Origin: Patescibacteria group bacterium UBA1388
GTDB lineage: Bacteria > Patescibacteriota > Microgenomatia > UBA1400 > PJMF01
Reading direction: 5' to 3'
Length of the DNA stretch: 64,000 bases
Assembly: GCA_002305355.1 (NCBI GenBank)
Contig: DBQS01000014.1
Location: forward strand, 4,720 to 68,719
How positions within the stretch are numbered: the first letter of the stretch is position 1; the number at the start of each line of letters is the position of its first letter. Of the stretch, positions 8,354 through 18,662 are shown piece after piece. The notes under the pieces are model-generated. The model had not been told where the DNA came from. It made no database searches and saw only the letters and a program-made list of their open reading frames with translations. The position numbers and the translations under genes are program-made.

Positions 8354-8905
8354 TCACAAAGCTAAGTTGCGCACCTGGACGGTAGTTTGAAATTCTTGAG
8401 TCAAAGAATTGTCAAAATTATCAGTAATGTTGAGGCTAAAAGAAACTTTCACTTGAGCTCCAGTACAAGTAAAACCTAGTGTGTTAAGCACTGTTTTGGC
8501 AGTGATGACTTTGCCATCGATAGTTAACTGTGGGGGGGTGCCAATCGCTCGGATGGTGATTGCATCACCAGCATTATTTGTGAGCGTAAGCACACTCGAT
8601 GAGGTACATTTTGCTGTCTTTGCATTCCTAATTTCAAACTCAATTTGATGCATGGCAGTGTTGCCGTCAGACTGAATGACGCGCCGGGCGTTGGTGCGGG
8701 CGTTGCTCAATAAAAACGTCATAAAAATGGTGGAAACGGTGATCATCACCATGGCGGTGATACCCACCACCACCAGCAGCTCAATCAGGGTAAAACCGGC
8801 TTTTTTGGTGTGAACTATTCTCTGCTCTGGTTGCTGCAAATTCGCGGAGGTGCGCATAGATATCCCTGATATTCCTGATTCGTCCGATTCGAATGATTTA
8901 ACCAT
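8354..8905 (-). CDS. Pilin-like protein with long leader (…HTKKAG|FTLIELLVVVGITAMV), last gene of the giant-protein operon
   Basis: It has a prepilin-type N-terminus after a leader of 21-37 aa. It lies on the opposite strand to the main pilin cluster, and its start is 13 nt after the stop of the 1076-aa protein gene. Confidence 0.65.
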   Translation of the reverse strand: MVKSFESDESGISGISMRTSANLQQPEQRIVHTKKAGFTLIELLVVVGITAMVMITVSTIFMTFLLSNARTNARRVIQSDGNTAMHQIEFEIRNAKTAKCTSSSVLTLTNNAGDAITIRAIGTPPQLTIDGKVITAKTVLNTLGFTCTGAQVKVSFSLNITDNFDNSLTQEFQTTVQVRNLAL

Positions 8906-8920
8906 CCCAATCTACCCGCC

Positions 8921-11900
8921 TTAGTTAACTTCCTGCCAATTGAGTGTGGTGGCTTTGAGAATGTCTGGGGCGTTGGTCACAAAGTCTGGCCGGTGGATGA
9001 AGAGCTCAGAAGGGATGGTTTTGCTCTCAATACCATCGACTGCTCTTTTCAAATCAATGCCATTCCAGCCCACATAGCTGCCTTCCAGTACTAGTCTCTT
9101 GTCTAACCCTGATCCCTCGGATTCTGTAGTAATTTTACCATTGGCTACTACCACTGCCTCAATATTGGCTGTGGTATCTGTTTCATCATCGTTACCAACG
9201 TTGCTATCAATGATGACGTTACCACTGACAAAGAAAGCTAAGAAGCCAGAATTATCCACCTTGATCAATTTTTCTTCTGCAGCATCTTGGCTGAAAGTTA
9301 GGTTGCCATTGACGAAGATAATGACTTTATTGGTACCCACATCCCAGGTAGAGCTGGGATTAACAACAAGATCACCCTCTCTGTGGAATACTTTTGCGCC
9401 TTCTCTATCTGTGCCAGTGCTAATGGTTAGATTACTAATCGAGCTTGTATCAATCGTTTTTACTCCGGTTAAATCAACTTTTTGTTTAAAGTAATCAAAA
9501 TTTTCCAAAGTGACGCCAGCCTTCATATTAGCTCCTTTGGCATATTTGCTTTCGTTATTGTGCAGAGTCATGAATCCAAGAATGCTGGGCGGAGAAATGT
9601 TGCCATTGGTAATTGGTATGCCAGCAGATTTAGCTATGGAAAGCTGTGCTGTCCTAATTAAGTAGGGATAGCAGTTGTTGTCAGCATTACATGCAAAAAC
9701 ATCATCTGTAGGCAGATTAGAGCTTAAACTTGAGTGGCCGTAAACCAAACCACCCCAGGTTTGCCACCATGGCTCTGCTGTTAATGATGCAACGTCTCTT
9801 AGGTAAAAATGCGCATCATTTTTTGGTGGATTAATTGATCCAATATAGACACATGAATTGTCATAACCGGTAACTTTTAGCCCCTCTGTAGCAGACTCAG
9901 AATTGCAGCTAGCACAAACATAATCAGAATCTTTGAAATGCAAAATAGGCTGCAGTTCTGTAGCAGACTCAGGTACTTTAGCTGTATAGCTTGATGATTG
10001 AGTTTCAATGTCCTCTCCTTCGGTGGGAGGATTAAGAGTAACAGCCGCATCTAATGTGATGATGTTTTTTTCTGCATCTGTAGCGCAAGTATTGTTTGGG
10101 GTCACGTAGAAATTGCCGGAGATTTGAGCACTACTCAATGGCGCACAGACCTCAGATTCTTCATAATTTTCTAATCGACATCTCTTTCCTTCGTTTGCAG
10201 TTTGATAACAGGTGTAGTTTTGATTTCCATTATTAGTTGTGTCTTGACACTGCTCATCTGATGTGCAGAAATCATCACATTTAATTGAATAATCAGCAGG
10301 TTTACAATAAGGATCAGGTTCATTGACTCCCAATCGACACTTATCCCCTTGGCTGGCGGAGCACACAAACGCAGGATCACCTCCATTAGCTTTATCTTGG
10401 CACTGTGCATCACCAACTGGTCCTGGAGTACACTCGTCATTACATTTTATTGGAGTGTCTTCCGCTTTCGTACACGATAATGGCTTTAACTCAGTCTTGC
10501 CTGCTGGATGACCAGCGGTAGAATCTTGAAAATCAGATCCAACCCAGTCAATTTGGGCTAGCGGTTGGCCAGGACACTGATACTGCAAATTTGCTCCGAC
10601 AGCTAAATATGGGTTAAAACCATTGGTATTTAGATAATTAACAAGTTGATTAATTGAGCGGTTATTGCCACCAATGAGGACTGATGGATTCCAGGTAAAA
10701 TTGACAGTTGAGCCTGGCGAGTTAACCGTCTGGATAATATATCCAACTCCTCTGCCTTGCTCTCCATCATAAACATAATCTGGTGTACCCAAGTAGGTTT
10801 TAATGGCAGTAGCATTAGTATCACTATCCATGATGCTGATAAAAAGATTGGTTTGGGTTGAAGGGCATCCGCCCGTGGCTTCAGAACTGATATTTAGGTT
10901 GTAAGTGTAAGTCAGCCAGTTGTCACCAACATCTTTAGATTGCAGACTAGGATTGCAGAAGTGTGAAAGAGAAACAAGTTTGCCTCTCCCAGGAGGTGGT
11001 GTCGGGGGGCACCACTCCAACTTACACGAAGCATCGTTGCTTCTCTGACTCGCGTTTTCATCCCACACATAAGCTTTGTAAGTCGTGCCAGGCACCAATA
11101 CTAGTGGTTTGTTACGTGCCTCAGCTTGGCCAGTAAACTCACTTTTAACAATTGATAAGTCATTGCCATAAGTTGGCCACTTATTCCAAAAGTATCCAGT
11201 ATTGTTATCCCATGATCTACCCTCTTCGGTGATATTAAAAACGAGCCCCGAACCACTGCCCCCATCCCAAGTAAATTTTAATTTATTATCGGTTCTATTA
11301 GGAGTGGCACGATCAACACAGTCGGTGGCTGTACACCTGAGGTTTTTAGGAGGGGAGCCATCTCCTTCTATCAAGAAGTTAATATTGCCAATGTGATAGT
11401 GAAAATTATCATGTTTATAACCTGTTGGTGAATAGCCATTCCACTTTAACTTGATCTTGATTTGAGCTAGTTCACACCCATCGCTTCTTCCACAAACCGG
11501 CATATTTTCTAATGAGTAATAATGATATGGCATCCCATCACGCTTAAAAGTGCCTGCTTTTGTCAACTTTGAATTTTCATCAACTCCAGGGTCACCTGCA
11601 ACAACGGGGTGAGATCTTAAGCAGCCTTCATGATCTGGAATTAGGCTGTGTTGGGTATGAAATCTATTGGTAAAAGGTTCAGATCCTTGATTACCACATT
11701 TTTCATCTGGTCCAAGAGTATCGACATCCTCATAAACCCACTTATCACTCTCACCTGCTCGCTTTTGAGGTAATAGTTGGGTGTCAGATCCAAAGACGTT
11801 AACTAGATTACCATTGGTATCATATTTATACCCATAAATTTTGAAGTCGCCGCCTTCATCATGATCGTGAATGGTCAAATTTATACCCTTCACCAAAGTA

Positions 11901-12151
11901 TTCGTTCCGTCTGGTTGATCATCAGTTGCTTTGGGTACGTTGATAGTGATAAAGATAACGTCACTATCTCCGTCCACCGTTTGAGCTGGTGCTGCTGATG
12001 GACCACCGTGCCAAAGTGTACCCAACTTCTGGCTAATGTTCACATCTTGGTTATAGGTGATTGTTTTGACTACTTCTGCAGCACTGACAAGTGAAGTATG
12101 AGCCAAGAACAAACTGCCAAACAAAATAGTAAGATAGAGTTGTTTCAGCAT
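8921..12151 (-). CDS. Giant secreted Cys-rich protein (1076 aa) with signal peptide, Cys-rich modules and a conserved C-terminal domain shared with the 1410-aa paralog
   Basis: It has the Sec signal peptide MLKQLYLTILFGSLFLAHTSLVSA. It contains many regularly spaced Cys motifs (C-x-D-x-C-type modules around residues 560-660). The C-terminal roughly 300 aa align with the 13781..18013 product (WWQTWGGL…, …FVGWNG…, …RPDFVTNAPD…). Confidence 0.7.
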   Translation of the reverse strand: MLKQLYLTILFGSLFLAHTSLVSAAEVVKTITYNQDVNISQKLGTLWHGGPSAAPAQTVDGDSDVIFITINVPKATDDQPDGTNTLVKGINLTIHDHDEGGDFKIYGYKYDTNGNLVNVFGSDTQLLPQKRAGESDKWVYEDVDTLGPDEKCGNQGSEPFTNRFHTQHSLIPDHEGCLRSHPVVAGDPGVDENSKLTKAGTFKRDGMPYHYYSLENMPVCGRSDGCELAQIKIKLKWNGYSPTGYKHDNFHYHIGNINFLIEGDGSPPKNLRCTATDCVDRATPNRTDNKLKFTWDGGSGSGLVFNITEEGRSWDNNTGYFWNKWPTYGNDLSIVKSEFTGQAEARNKPLVLVPGTTYKAYVWDENASQRSNDASCKLEWCPPTPPPGRGKLVSLSHFCNPSLQSKDVGDNWLTYTYNLNISSEATGGCPSTQTNLFISIMDSDTNATAIKTYLGTPDYVYDGEQGRGVGYIIQTVNSPGSTVNFTWNPSVLIGGNNRSINQLVNYLNTNGFNPYLAVGANLQYQCPGQPLAQIDWVGSDFQDSTAGHPAGKTELKPLSCTKAEDTPIKCNDECTPGPVGDAQCQDKANGGDPAFVCSASQGDKCRLGVNEPDPYCKPADYSIKCDDFCTSDEQCQDTTNNGNQNYTCYQTANEGKRCRLENYEESEVCAPLSSAQISGNFYVTPNNTCATDAEKNIITLDAAVTLNPPTEGEDIETQSSSYTAKVPESATELQPILHFKDSDYVCASCNSESATEGLKVTGYDNSCVYIGSINPPKNDAHFYLRDVASLTAEPWWQTWGGLVYGHSSLSSNLPTDDVFACNADNNCYPYLIRTAQLSIAKSAGIPITNGNISPPSILGFMTLHNNESKYAKGANMKAGVTLENFDYFKQKVDLTGVKTIDTSSISNLTISTGTDREGAKVFHREGDLVVNPSSTWDVGTNKVIIFVNGNLTFSQDAAEEKLIKVDNSGFLAFFVSGNVIIDSNVGNDDETDTTANIEAVVVANGKITTESEGSGLDKRLVLEGSYVGWNGIDLKRAVDGIESKTIPSELFIHRPDFVTNAPDILKATTLNWQEVN

Positions 12152-12154
12152 ATG

Positions 12155-13678
12155 CTATTCAATCCAGGCCCTAACAAAAGGTGCTTTTGCTACAAATTGA
12201 CTCGAGTTAATAGTTGTACCAGAATTTATGTCGATTTCTGTTGAGGTTACAACTTGGCCGAATGAGGTATCTGAATCCAGTGCTTGGTCGTTGTTGAGTG
12301 AAATAAGCATCGGGTTAGCTTCATCAGAAAAGACCACGACTGCGCCTAGGTCAGATGACAAAGTGGATAACAATTGTCCACTATTTGTATAAAATGCCAC
12401 TTGCTGCTCTCCTTCTTTAAAAGTGATCAGAGCAAAATAACGGTTATCTGCAGACCACACTATATTGGCAACACTTGTTTGACCAGGTAAATTAATGGTG
12501 AAATCTTTCCCATCTATCTTGGGTTTGTAGGTTTTAAAGTTGAGTAATTGGCCATTTTGGAGAGCAAAATGAGTACCCCCATGTGAGTTGATTAGGTTGG
12601 TTGAATCTGCGTTAAGCACACTGGTGACGTCTTTGGAAATAGTATATGTGATAATTTCTTGATTGATGATAATTGATGGGTCAATTGGTTCATCCTCATT
12701 TGCTGACTCCACAGGGATTTCTACTACCAATCTCCTATCCATAAATACATCTTTTTCATCAAAATGTAGCAAAATTAATTTTTCAGCATCAATTTGAGTT
12801 AGTTTTGTGAGTTGAAAGTTATCTGGATCAAGAGTTAACAAATTATATTGGCGCAAGCCGTCCTCATTTTTTCCATTAATGGTGCTTAATAAAACTTCTG
12901 TGCCATCTTTATTCCACAGGGTTGCATCAATTATTGATGAACCGCCCTTATCAAGTAATTCATTTTCTTGCAAATAGAATAATTTTTGATTTTTTAGATT
13001 GAGCAGGAAGTAATGATATTTTGGGCCGGTACTCAACTGCTCTGTGCTGCTAATAAAAAATATGTCATGCGATTGATTGGGTTTCACAGTAAATACATTG
13101 CCAGGGATAGCTGCGGTAAATTTATCAACTGGGCTTAATTTTGAGGTCTTAATATCAAATTGTTGCAAATATCCATCTGAGACAAGCAAAAGAGACCCTC
13201 TCAGGTCATTTTTTGTGATGGCTACGTTATTACTTTGATTAAATTGCAAGTCAACGATTTTGGGTATTTGCAGTGATATGGAGTTCCTAAACATATACCC
13301 CCCCACAACTATCAAGATAATCCCCAAGCTAGCGAACATGATTAATAGTGGTGCATTTTTGGCAAACTTGAATCGCGGCCAGCGACGCTTTTTACGTGGC
13401 GAGCCAATCACCAGCGGTGGGTGCTTGGGGTGGTGGGTGGCAGTGGGGTGTGTGACCGTGTGGTGAGGGCGATGGCTAGTGGGTGACGACACTTTTTTGA
13501 AATCAGGGGCTGCTCCAGTTATTGTCTCATTTTCAGTTTGGGAAGCTGCCTGCTTATCCTTTGATGACTGATGCTTACTCTCCTCTTTCTTGTCTTTTTT
13601 CGACTTAAAATGAGTCCAGTGTGCCGGGTGGATATCGGTATGATTAAGTGTTGGTTCGTAATCTGTCATAGCAAACAA
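12155..13678 (-). CDS. Single-pass membrane protein with His-rich cytoplasmic N-terminal region and beta-propeller-like (TolB/WD40-like) ectodomain
   Basis: The N-terminal 110 aa are rich in His, Lys and Thr (HRPHHTVTHPTATHHPKHPP). One TM segment follows (LLIMFASLGIILIVVGGYMF). The remainder has repeated beta-rich segments. The gene is tightly coupled to its neighbours, with a 3-nt gap to the next gene. Confidence 0.55.
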   Translation of the reverse strand: MFAMTDYEPTLNHTDIHPAHWTHFKSKKDKKEESKHQSSKDKQAASQTENETITGAAPDFKKVSSPTSHRPHHTVTHPTATHHPKHPPLVIGSPRKKRRWPRFKFAKNAPLLIMFASLGIILIVVGGYMFRNSISLQIPKIVDLQFNQSNNVAITKNDLRGSLLLVSDGYLQQFDIKTSKLSPVDKFTAAIPGNVFTVKPNQSHDIFFISSTEQLSTGPKYHYFLLNLKNQKLFYLQENELLDKGGSSIIDATLWNKDGTEVLLSTINGKNEDGLRQYNLLTLDPDNFQLTKLTQIDAEKLILLHFDEKDVFMDRRLVVEIPVESANEDEPIDPSIIINQEIITYTISKDVTSVLNADSTNLINSHGGTHFALQNGQLLNFKTYKPKIDGKDFTINLPGQTSVANIVWSADNRYFALITFKEGEQQVAFYTNSGQLLSTLSSDLGAVVVFSDEANPMLISLNNDQALDSDTSFGQVVTSTEIDINSGTTINSSQFVAKAPFVRAWIE

Positions 13679-13780
13679 CCCTCACAAAATTGGGGTACTA
13701 CCAGAATACAGGAATTTTTGCCTGGTCGTCAAGTTGGAGAAATGGGGATATGGGGAACGGGCGGGAATTAAAGCTACCGC

Positions 13781-16700
13781 TTAGTTGGCTTCTTTCCAGG
13801 TGAGGTCTGGTGTTTTGATGGCTTCTGGGGTGTTGGCCACTAGGTCTGGACGGAAGAAGAATTGCTCGGTGGGTGACACGGCGTTTTTCTGCCGGGCAAG
13901 CGGGTCAGTAGTAGTATTGTTTTCGAATTTTCTAGGTAAATTCACTCCATTCCAACCTACGAATGTGCCTCCAGCGACAAATTTTCTATTCATTGTGGCT
14001 GTGCCTGAAGTATCATAAGATTCAATGGTCAAATTGTCTGAAGCGATAAAAATACCTTCGATGAGTTGACCTCTGTCAGCAGTGATCATCTTAGAGTTGT
14101 TGGTGTCTAAACAAGTCAGACCAGCGGGGTCAGAGCCGCAGTCGTAACCAATATTTTTATCAAAGGTAATATCGCCGCTGGCCACGACCATGAGGAAACC
14201 GCCACTGGCGATATCAATTGAGTTTTTGCCCGCCATCGTAAGTCTTGTATTGGGTTGCCTTACCCTTAGATTACCGTCAATCACTAATATGTATTTACTA
14301 TTTGTGTCGATATTCCACGGGTTACTATAATCCCCAACTATCAAGTCAACCGTTCCCGAAGAACCTCTAGTTGCTGGCCTGAGGTAATGGACATACACAG
14401 TTTTTGTGGTTTCTCCATCATTGAATGGAGTGATAGGACTATTTGGAGTGCTTGAGTTGTTGAATCTGGCTTCGTCTCCACTTCTCGGTGTTACTGTCTG
14501 CAGATCGAGCAACTTATAAAAATAATCATAATCTTGTCTGTCGGTGCCAGTAGCGGGGGGAACTCCAACACCTAGGGCACCTGTATCAGACGGTTCTCTG
14601 TTAGTCCACCAGCTTCCGTTAAGAGTAATGATGGCATCATCATTTGTAACTGGTATGCCCGCTTGCTTATCATTTAAGTCTGGATTAATAACTGTGGGGT
14701 GGGCATTAATAAAGCTGTGATCTTTGCACCACGCTTTAGCTCCGCAGTTAGCATTGGGTGTACCACTATCATTAATTGGTATAGCACTACTCAAGCTATT
14801 ATTTCCAAAAATCAGCCCCCCGACCGTCTGCCACCAGGAGTCGTAAATTAGGTTGGCCTTGACGACGTAGAATTTAGCTGACCCTGGAGAGGTTACATTT
14901 TGACTAGGATCCTGTGCCCGGCATTCATAATTACTCGAGCCGGTATTGCATGATGCACAGGCATAATGTTCATCCTCATCTAGACCAGTGTTGTTAATCA
15001 GCAAATCTGCCCAGATGTTGCCATTCCAACCGGTAGTATACGAAGGTAAATAAGGAATGGATGTAATATTAGCCACATTGCCACTTATATTGCTACTACG
15101 GGACCCACCCCCAATATCCATTGAATCCCAGCTAACTTTTACGCTGCCATTTATGCCAGGATTAGGAGTTATTCCGCCCGTGCATAAATTTGGATTTGTA
15201 ACTTCACTTATGCTGGCCGAGACGGGACACTTTAACTGATAATTTAAAACGAACCAATCATCAGACTTAAGAGCATCTCCACAGCTTGATGTGATTGACC
15301 TGGCTGCAATCACTAAATTATTACTTAGATCAGGCTTAGTATTAAACGTAAAATCTTTATATGTCTCACTTTCCGAAATTGTCTGCACTAACTTTTGAAT
15401 ATTTCCTGGATCGTCAGTATTAACATACTCAGCATATGCACTATCTGGATTCCCGTATTCAGAAGCTTTGTATACAAGTACTTCCAATGAAGTTGTACTT
15501 GTTCCTTGAGGCACAACCCTGACGGTGAATGTGTCATCAGTTTCATCTCCATCTAAATCGCAGTATGTGCGACTAGTCACACTTGCGTTGGGAAGTTCTG
15601 GTGGTGTGTTGATACATTCTTGAAGTTGAAACTCAACATTGCAGCTCTCGGCAGCATATGGAAAAACGCTACCACAAGTGCCACTGGGGTTGCCAGTACA
15701 AACCGGTGAGCCATCATCATATAAATTTGCAGCTAGAATATATGTTCCTGGACTGCTTGTGGCCGGAATTGTGACATCAAAGGCATTAACAGCAGTGCTC
15801 GAATCTTCTGCCAAGGGAAATGGCTTGGTAACTCCGTCAACTTTGGGAAGCCAATTGCCTGAAGCACAATAATTAGCTGTTTTTGGATGATAAAAAAGTT
15901 CAATTTTATCTGGATCTGGATCTGTTGATAACTCAAAATTATCGTAGTAAATATAAGTAGTGTTATTTGAAACATTATCTGGAGCGCGCAAAATAATTTG
16001 GATTTTGGAGCTATCATTATAATTGGGGTCACCCATGGGATAATCTGAAAATGTTGCTTTGCCAACAAAAGTTTGCCACTGATTTGTGAGGGTAATAGTG
16101 TTTTCTTCTCTACCATTGACGTTGAACAAAACTTGTTCATAGTGTTCTGGCGAATCAATTTCTCTAACAGGTGTTTCGTCTAAATCAACATATTTCTTTC
16201 TTACCAAAGCAATATTAGAAACTTTCCTGATAGTGTCTGCATTTCCGTCAATTCTAGCTTCAAATTTAATTTGAAAAGTTTTTCCAGAGACATTTTTTCT
16301 TGTTTCAATATAGTTAGAATTTACAAAAGCATTAATTGACTCTTTTTTTCTGGCAAATCGAAGAACATTGCCAGGTGAAGATGGGCAGTTGGTGCCGCAA
16401 GCCACAATCTCCATTTTTTCGATGCCGCCACTGGGTACTCTTCCACCATAAGCTGGTTGCCAGCCATCAACCTTGTAAAGAGTTTGAATGTTTTCGTCTT
16501 CAAAACTTTGATTATAAAACTCGAAATAATCATGTACATTAACGCCACTGACGGTTACTCTATACTCAGTTCCTTGATCAAGTACGATAGGAGCGTCATT
16601 TGCTGTATTCTGTATCTCACTTGTTATCCTATTAAAAAATGAAAAATCACCGCACTTTGGATCTTGTTTAATTTCTGTCCAGTAATGTATAGGTTGATAC

Positions 16701-18013
16701 CAAGTAGCTTGCTTGATCCAACAAATTTCACTTTCTTTCACTGTTGACTCTTCTCCAAAATCTCTTCTATTCCACGCCCACCCAACATTAAAGTCATTTT
16801 TTTTGGCTTCACCGGTGTTAGTTGTCCAGTTGAAATGTGTCATAGGGACTTGGATATAAGCTTGACCATACCAATGACTTACTTCCCTGATTTCATCGTC
16901 CCAACTGACAATACGTTGTTCAGCCTCACTCCAAACTCTTCTATACCAAGCATCATGTTCGTAGCCGGCATAATCACCCACCCATTTCCCGTCCTCAAAT
17001 TTATATGGCGTGCAAGTTCCTCCATTGGCATCAATCCGAAACACATTATGATCATCTGCCATTAAAGCTGAAGCGCAGTTAATAAAGGGAATAAACCCAA
17101 AAGGATTGGGATAACCATATGGTGCTCTAGGGAAAGGGTTCTCATTAAATTTATCTCTTGGATAGACGGTATATCCCTCTGATTCTGCAATAGCTTTAAT
17201 TTCACTTCGATCGGTGAAAACCATTGGCAGCTTATTTTTACCCATGTAAACATATAAGGTCTCGGTGTCTTCATTTTCTACAACATAATTTTGGACATAA
17301 CCCGCTTTGAATCCTGCACCCAAGGTGATTTTGTCTCCTGGAGAGGTAAAGGTATAAGTTGTTTTTCCTGGGCTGGCGTGAGACATTCGCTCCTCTGGAG
17401 TACTACCAGAAGGTGGCGCCCATGTTTCCCAGACGCGCGTAGTGCCTGGCCAAATAAAGGCGTCATAGGAATTGTCTACCTTTCCACCTTCTTTATTACA
17501 ATCATCGTCCCAATCCTCTACATGTTCTCCGGTTGATCCACCAGTTGGTCCACAATTTAAAGCACAACTATAATAATCTGCATAAGGTCCCCAACTATCT
17601 GAATAACAACCGGCTCCTGCTAAACAGCTGTAACCAGTTCTTGGTTCTTCCTCTGGGGGTGGGGGAGGTGGTACGTATTGCGGAGGTGGGTAGACTGCAG
17701 AACAGTTATTGCTACCCTCTGTGCCTTCAAAACAGAACGCATTACAACCACTACCAGATTTTCGGCAGGCTTCATAAGTGCTGCCAGTGACGACTTGTTT
17801 ACACACGCATGAGCCGCCAGGGCAACCATTGCCGCAGGAATCTCCATCCTTTGTTCCACCTTCGCACTCACATTGTTCTCCCTTCGTAAGACACTCAACT
17901 CCTCCTGCGCAATAAAACTGAGCTTGAACCTTGGTCGCGCTTGACACAATTGCCAGCAAGCTTGCCATCATCGCCAAAACAGAAAAGAATAATAAAAATT
18001 TATGATTATTCAT
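13781..18013 (-). CDS. Giant secreted Cys-rich protein (1410 aa), paralog of the 1076-aa protein, with Cys/Gly-rich N-terminal modules and a poly-Pro linker
   Basis: It has the signal peptide MNNHKFLLFFSVLAMMASLLAIVSS. The N-terminus is Cys-rich (CAGGVECLTKGEQCECEGG…), followed by a PPPQYVPPPPPPEEEP linker. The C-terminal roughly 300 aa are homologous to the 8921..12151 product. Confidence 0.7.
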   Translation of the reverse strand: MNNHKFLLFFSVLAMMASLLAIVSSATKVQAQFYCAGGVECLTKGEQCECEGGTKDGDSCGNGCPGGSCVCKQVVTGSTYEACRKSGSGCNAFCFEGTEGSNNCSAVYPPPQYVPPPPPPEEEPRTGYSCLAGAGCYSDSWGPYADYYSCALNCGPTGGSTGEHVEDWDDDCNKEGGKVDNSYDAFIWPGTTRVWETWAPPSGSTPEERMSHASPGKTTYTFTSPGDKITLGAGFKAGYVQNYVVENEDTETLYVYMGKNKLPMVFTDRSEIKAIAESEGYTVYPRDKFNENPFPRAPYGYPNPFGFIPFINCASALMADDHNVFRIDANGGTCTPYKFEDGKWVGDYAGYEHDAWYRRVWSEAEQRIVSWDDEIREVSHWYGQAYIQVPMTHFNWTTNTGEAKKNDFNVGWAWNRRDFGEESTVKESEICWIKQATWYQPIHYWTEIKQDPKCGDFSFFNRITSEIQNTANDAPIVLDQGTEYRVTVSGVNVHDYFEFYNQSFEDENIQTLYKVDGWQPAYGGRVPSGGIEKMEIVACGTNCPSSPGNVLRFARKKESINAFVNSNYIETRKNVSGKTFQIKFEARIDGNADTIRKVSNIALVRKKYVDLDETPVREIDSPEHYEQVLFNVNGREENTITLTNQWQTFVGKATFSDYPMGDPNYNDSSKIQIILRAPDNVSNNTTYIYYDNFELSTDPDPDKIELFYHPKTANYCASGNWLPKVDGVTKPFPLAEDSSTAVNAFDVTIPATSSPGTYILAANLYDDGSPVCTGNPSGTCGSVFPYAAESCNVEFQLQECINTPPELPNASVTSRTYCDLDGDETDDTFTVRVVPQGTSTTSLEVLVYKASEYGNPDSAYAEYVNTDDPGNIQKLVQTISESETYKDFTFNTKPDLSNNLVIAARSITSSCGDALKSDDWFVLNYQLKCPVSASISEVTNPNLCTGGITPNPGINGSVKVSWDSMDIGGGSRSSNISGNVANITSIPYLPSYTTGWNGNIWADLLINNTGLDEDEHYACASCNTGSSNYECRAQDPSQNVTSPGSAKFYVVKANLIYDSWWQTVGGLIFGNNSLSSAIPINDSGTPNANCGAKAWCKDHSFINAHPTVINPDLNDKQAGIPVTNDDAIITLNGSWWTNREPSDTGALGVGVPPATGTDRQDYDYFYKLLDLQTVTPRSGDEARFNNSSTPNSPITPFNDGETTKTVYVHYLRPATRGSSGTVDLIVGDYSNPWNIDTNSKYILVIDGNLRVRQPNTRLTMAGKNSIDIASGGFLMVVASGDITFDKNIGYDCGSDPAGLTCLDTNNSKMITADRGQLIEGIFIASDNLTIESYDTSGTATMNRKFVAGGTFVGWNGVNLPRKFENNTTTDPLARQKNAVSPTEQFFFRPDLVANTPEAIKTPDLTWKEAN

Positions 18014-18599
18014 AAAAAATAAAATAATCGTTATTTTCTATTGCATCCATAACAATATCCAACACCACCTCCCTAGCTTTTTCGTATTGAGGTTGGTATA
18101 TTTCATCGCTAGACCAATTAACTTGTTTCCAGTACTCAGCAGCATAGAGGAGGGATAACAAATAAGTCCTGTGAAGATCAAAAAACTGTAGTTCTTCGCT
18201 ACTGTCAGGATTAATATATAAGTATAAATTTACTTCTTCATCGGCATTTTTGAACCAAAAGCCGCTCGAAACTTCATCATTGGGTTCAATATAGCTAAAG
18301 ACAATATTTTCTGGCGAGGTAGTAATGGTAATTTGTTGTTTCAGATCAAGAATAGGGGTTTGATCTAAGAAGGTGCGCACCTCAGCATGGTTGAAAATCT
18401 TTTTATCAATACGATATGTTTTATCATTTAATTGATTTTCAACGATCTGATAATTACTTTTTGGAGGACTGAAGAATTTTTCAATAGTTTTGTTTAATTG
18501 AGTAATATCGGCATTATCAAGATAATAAATTAAGCCGCCAGCAACTGCGATCAATACAGATAAGATGCCTAGAATAATTAATGGTTTATGATGCAGCAC
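18006..18599 (-). CDS. Small membrane-anchored hypothetical protein (197 aa)
   Basis: It has an N-terminal TM (LIILGILSVLIAVAGGLIYYL). It overlaps the start of the 1410-aa gene by 8 nt, consistent with operon membership. Confidence 0.5.
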   Translation of the reverse strand: MLHHKPLIILGILSVLIAVAGGLIYYLDNADITQLNKTIEKFFSPPKSNYQIVENQLNDKTYRIDKKIFNHAEVRTFLDQTPILDLKQQITITTSPENIVFSYIEPNDEVSSGFWFKNADEEVNLYLYINPDSSEELQFFDLHRTYLLSLLYAAEYWKQVNWSSDEIYQPQYEKAREVVLDIVMDAIENNDYFIFYE

Positions 18600-18662
18600 A
18601 CAGCCATCATATTATAAATTTACAATTATGCCAACTCATAGGGGTCAGCGTGTATTAAGTGA

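Noticed and set aside
9099-17949. Numerous 60-140-aa ORFs on both strands inside the two giant protein genes (e.g. 9099..9494, 10171..10440, 15733..16158, 17620..17949)
   Set aside because: They are fully contained within long, continuous ORFs that have signal peptides and paralogous domain structure. The overlapping ORFs have low-complexity or odd composition.
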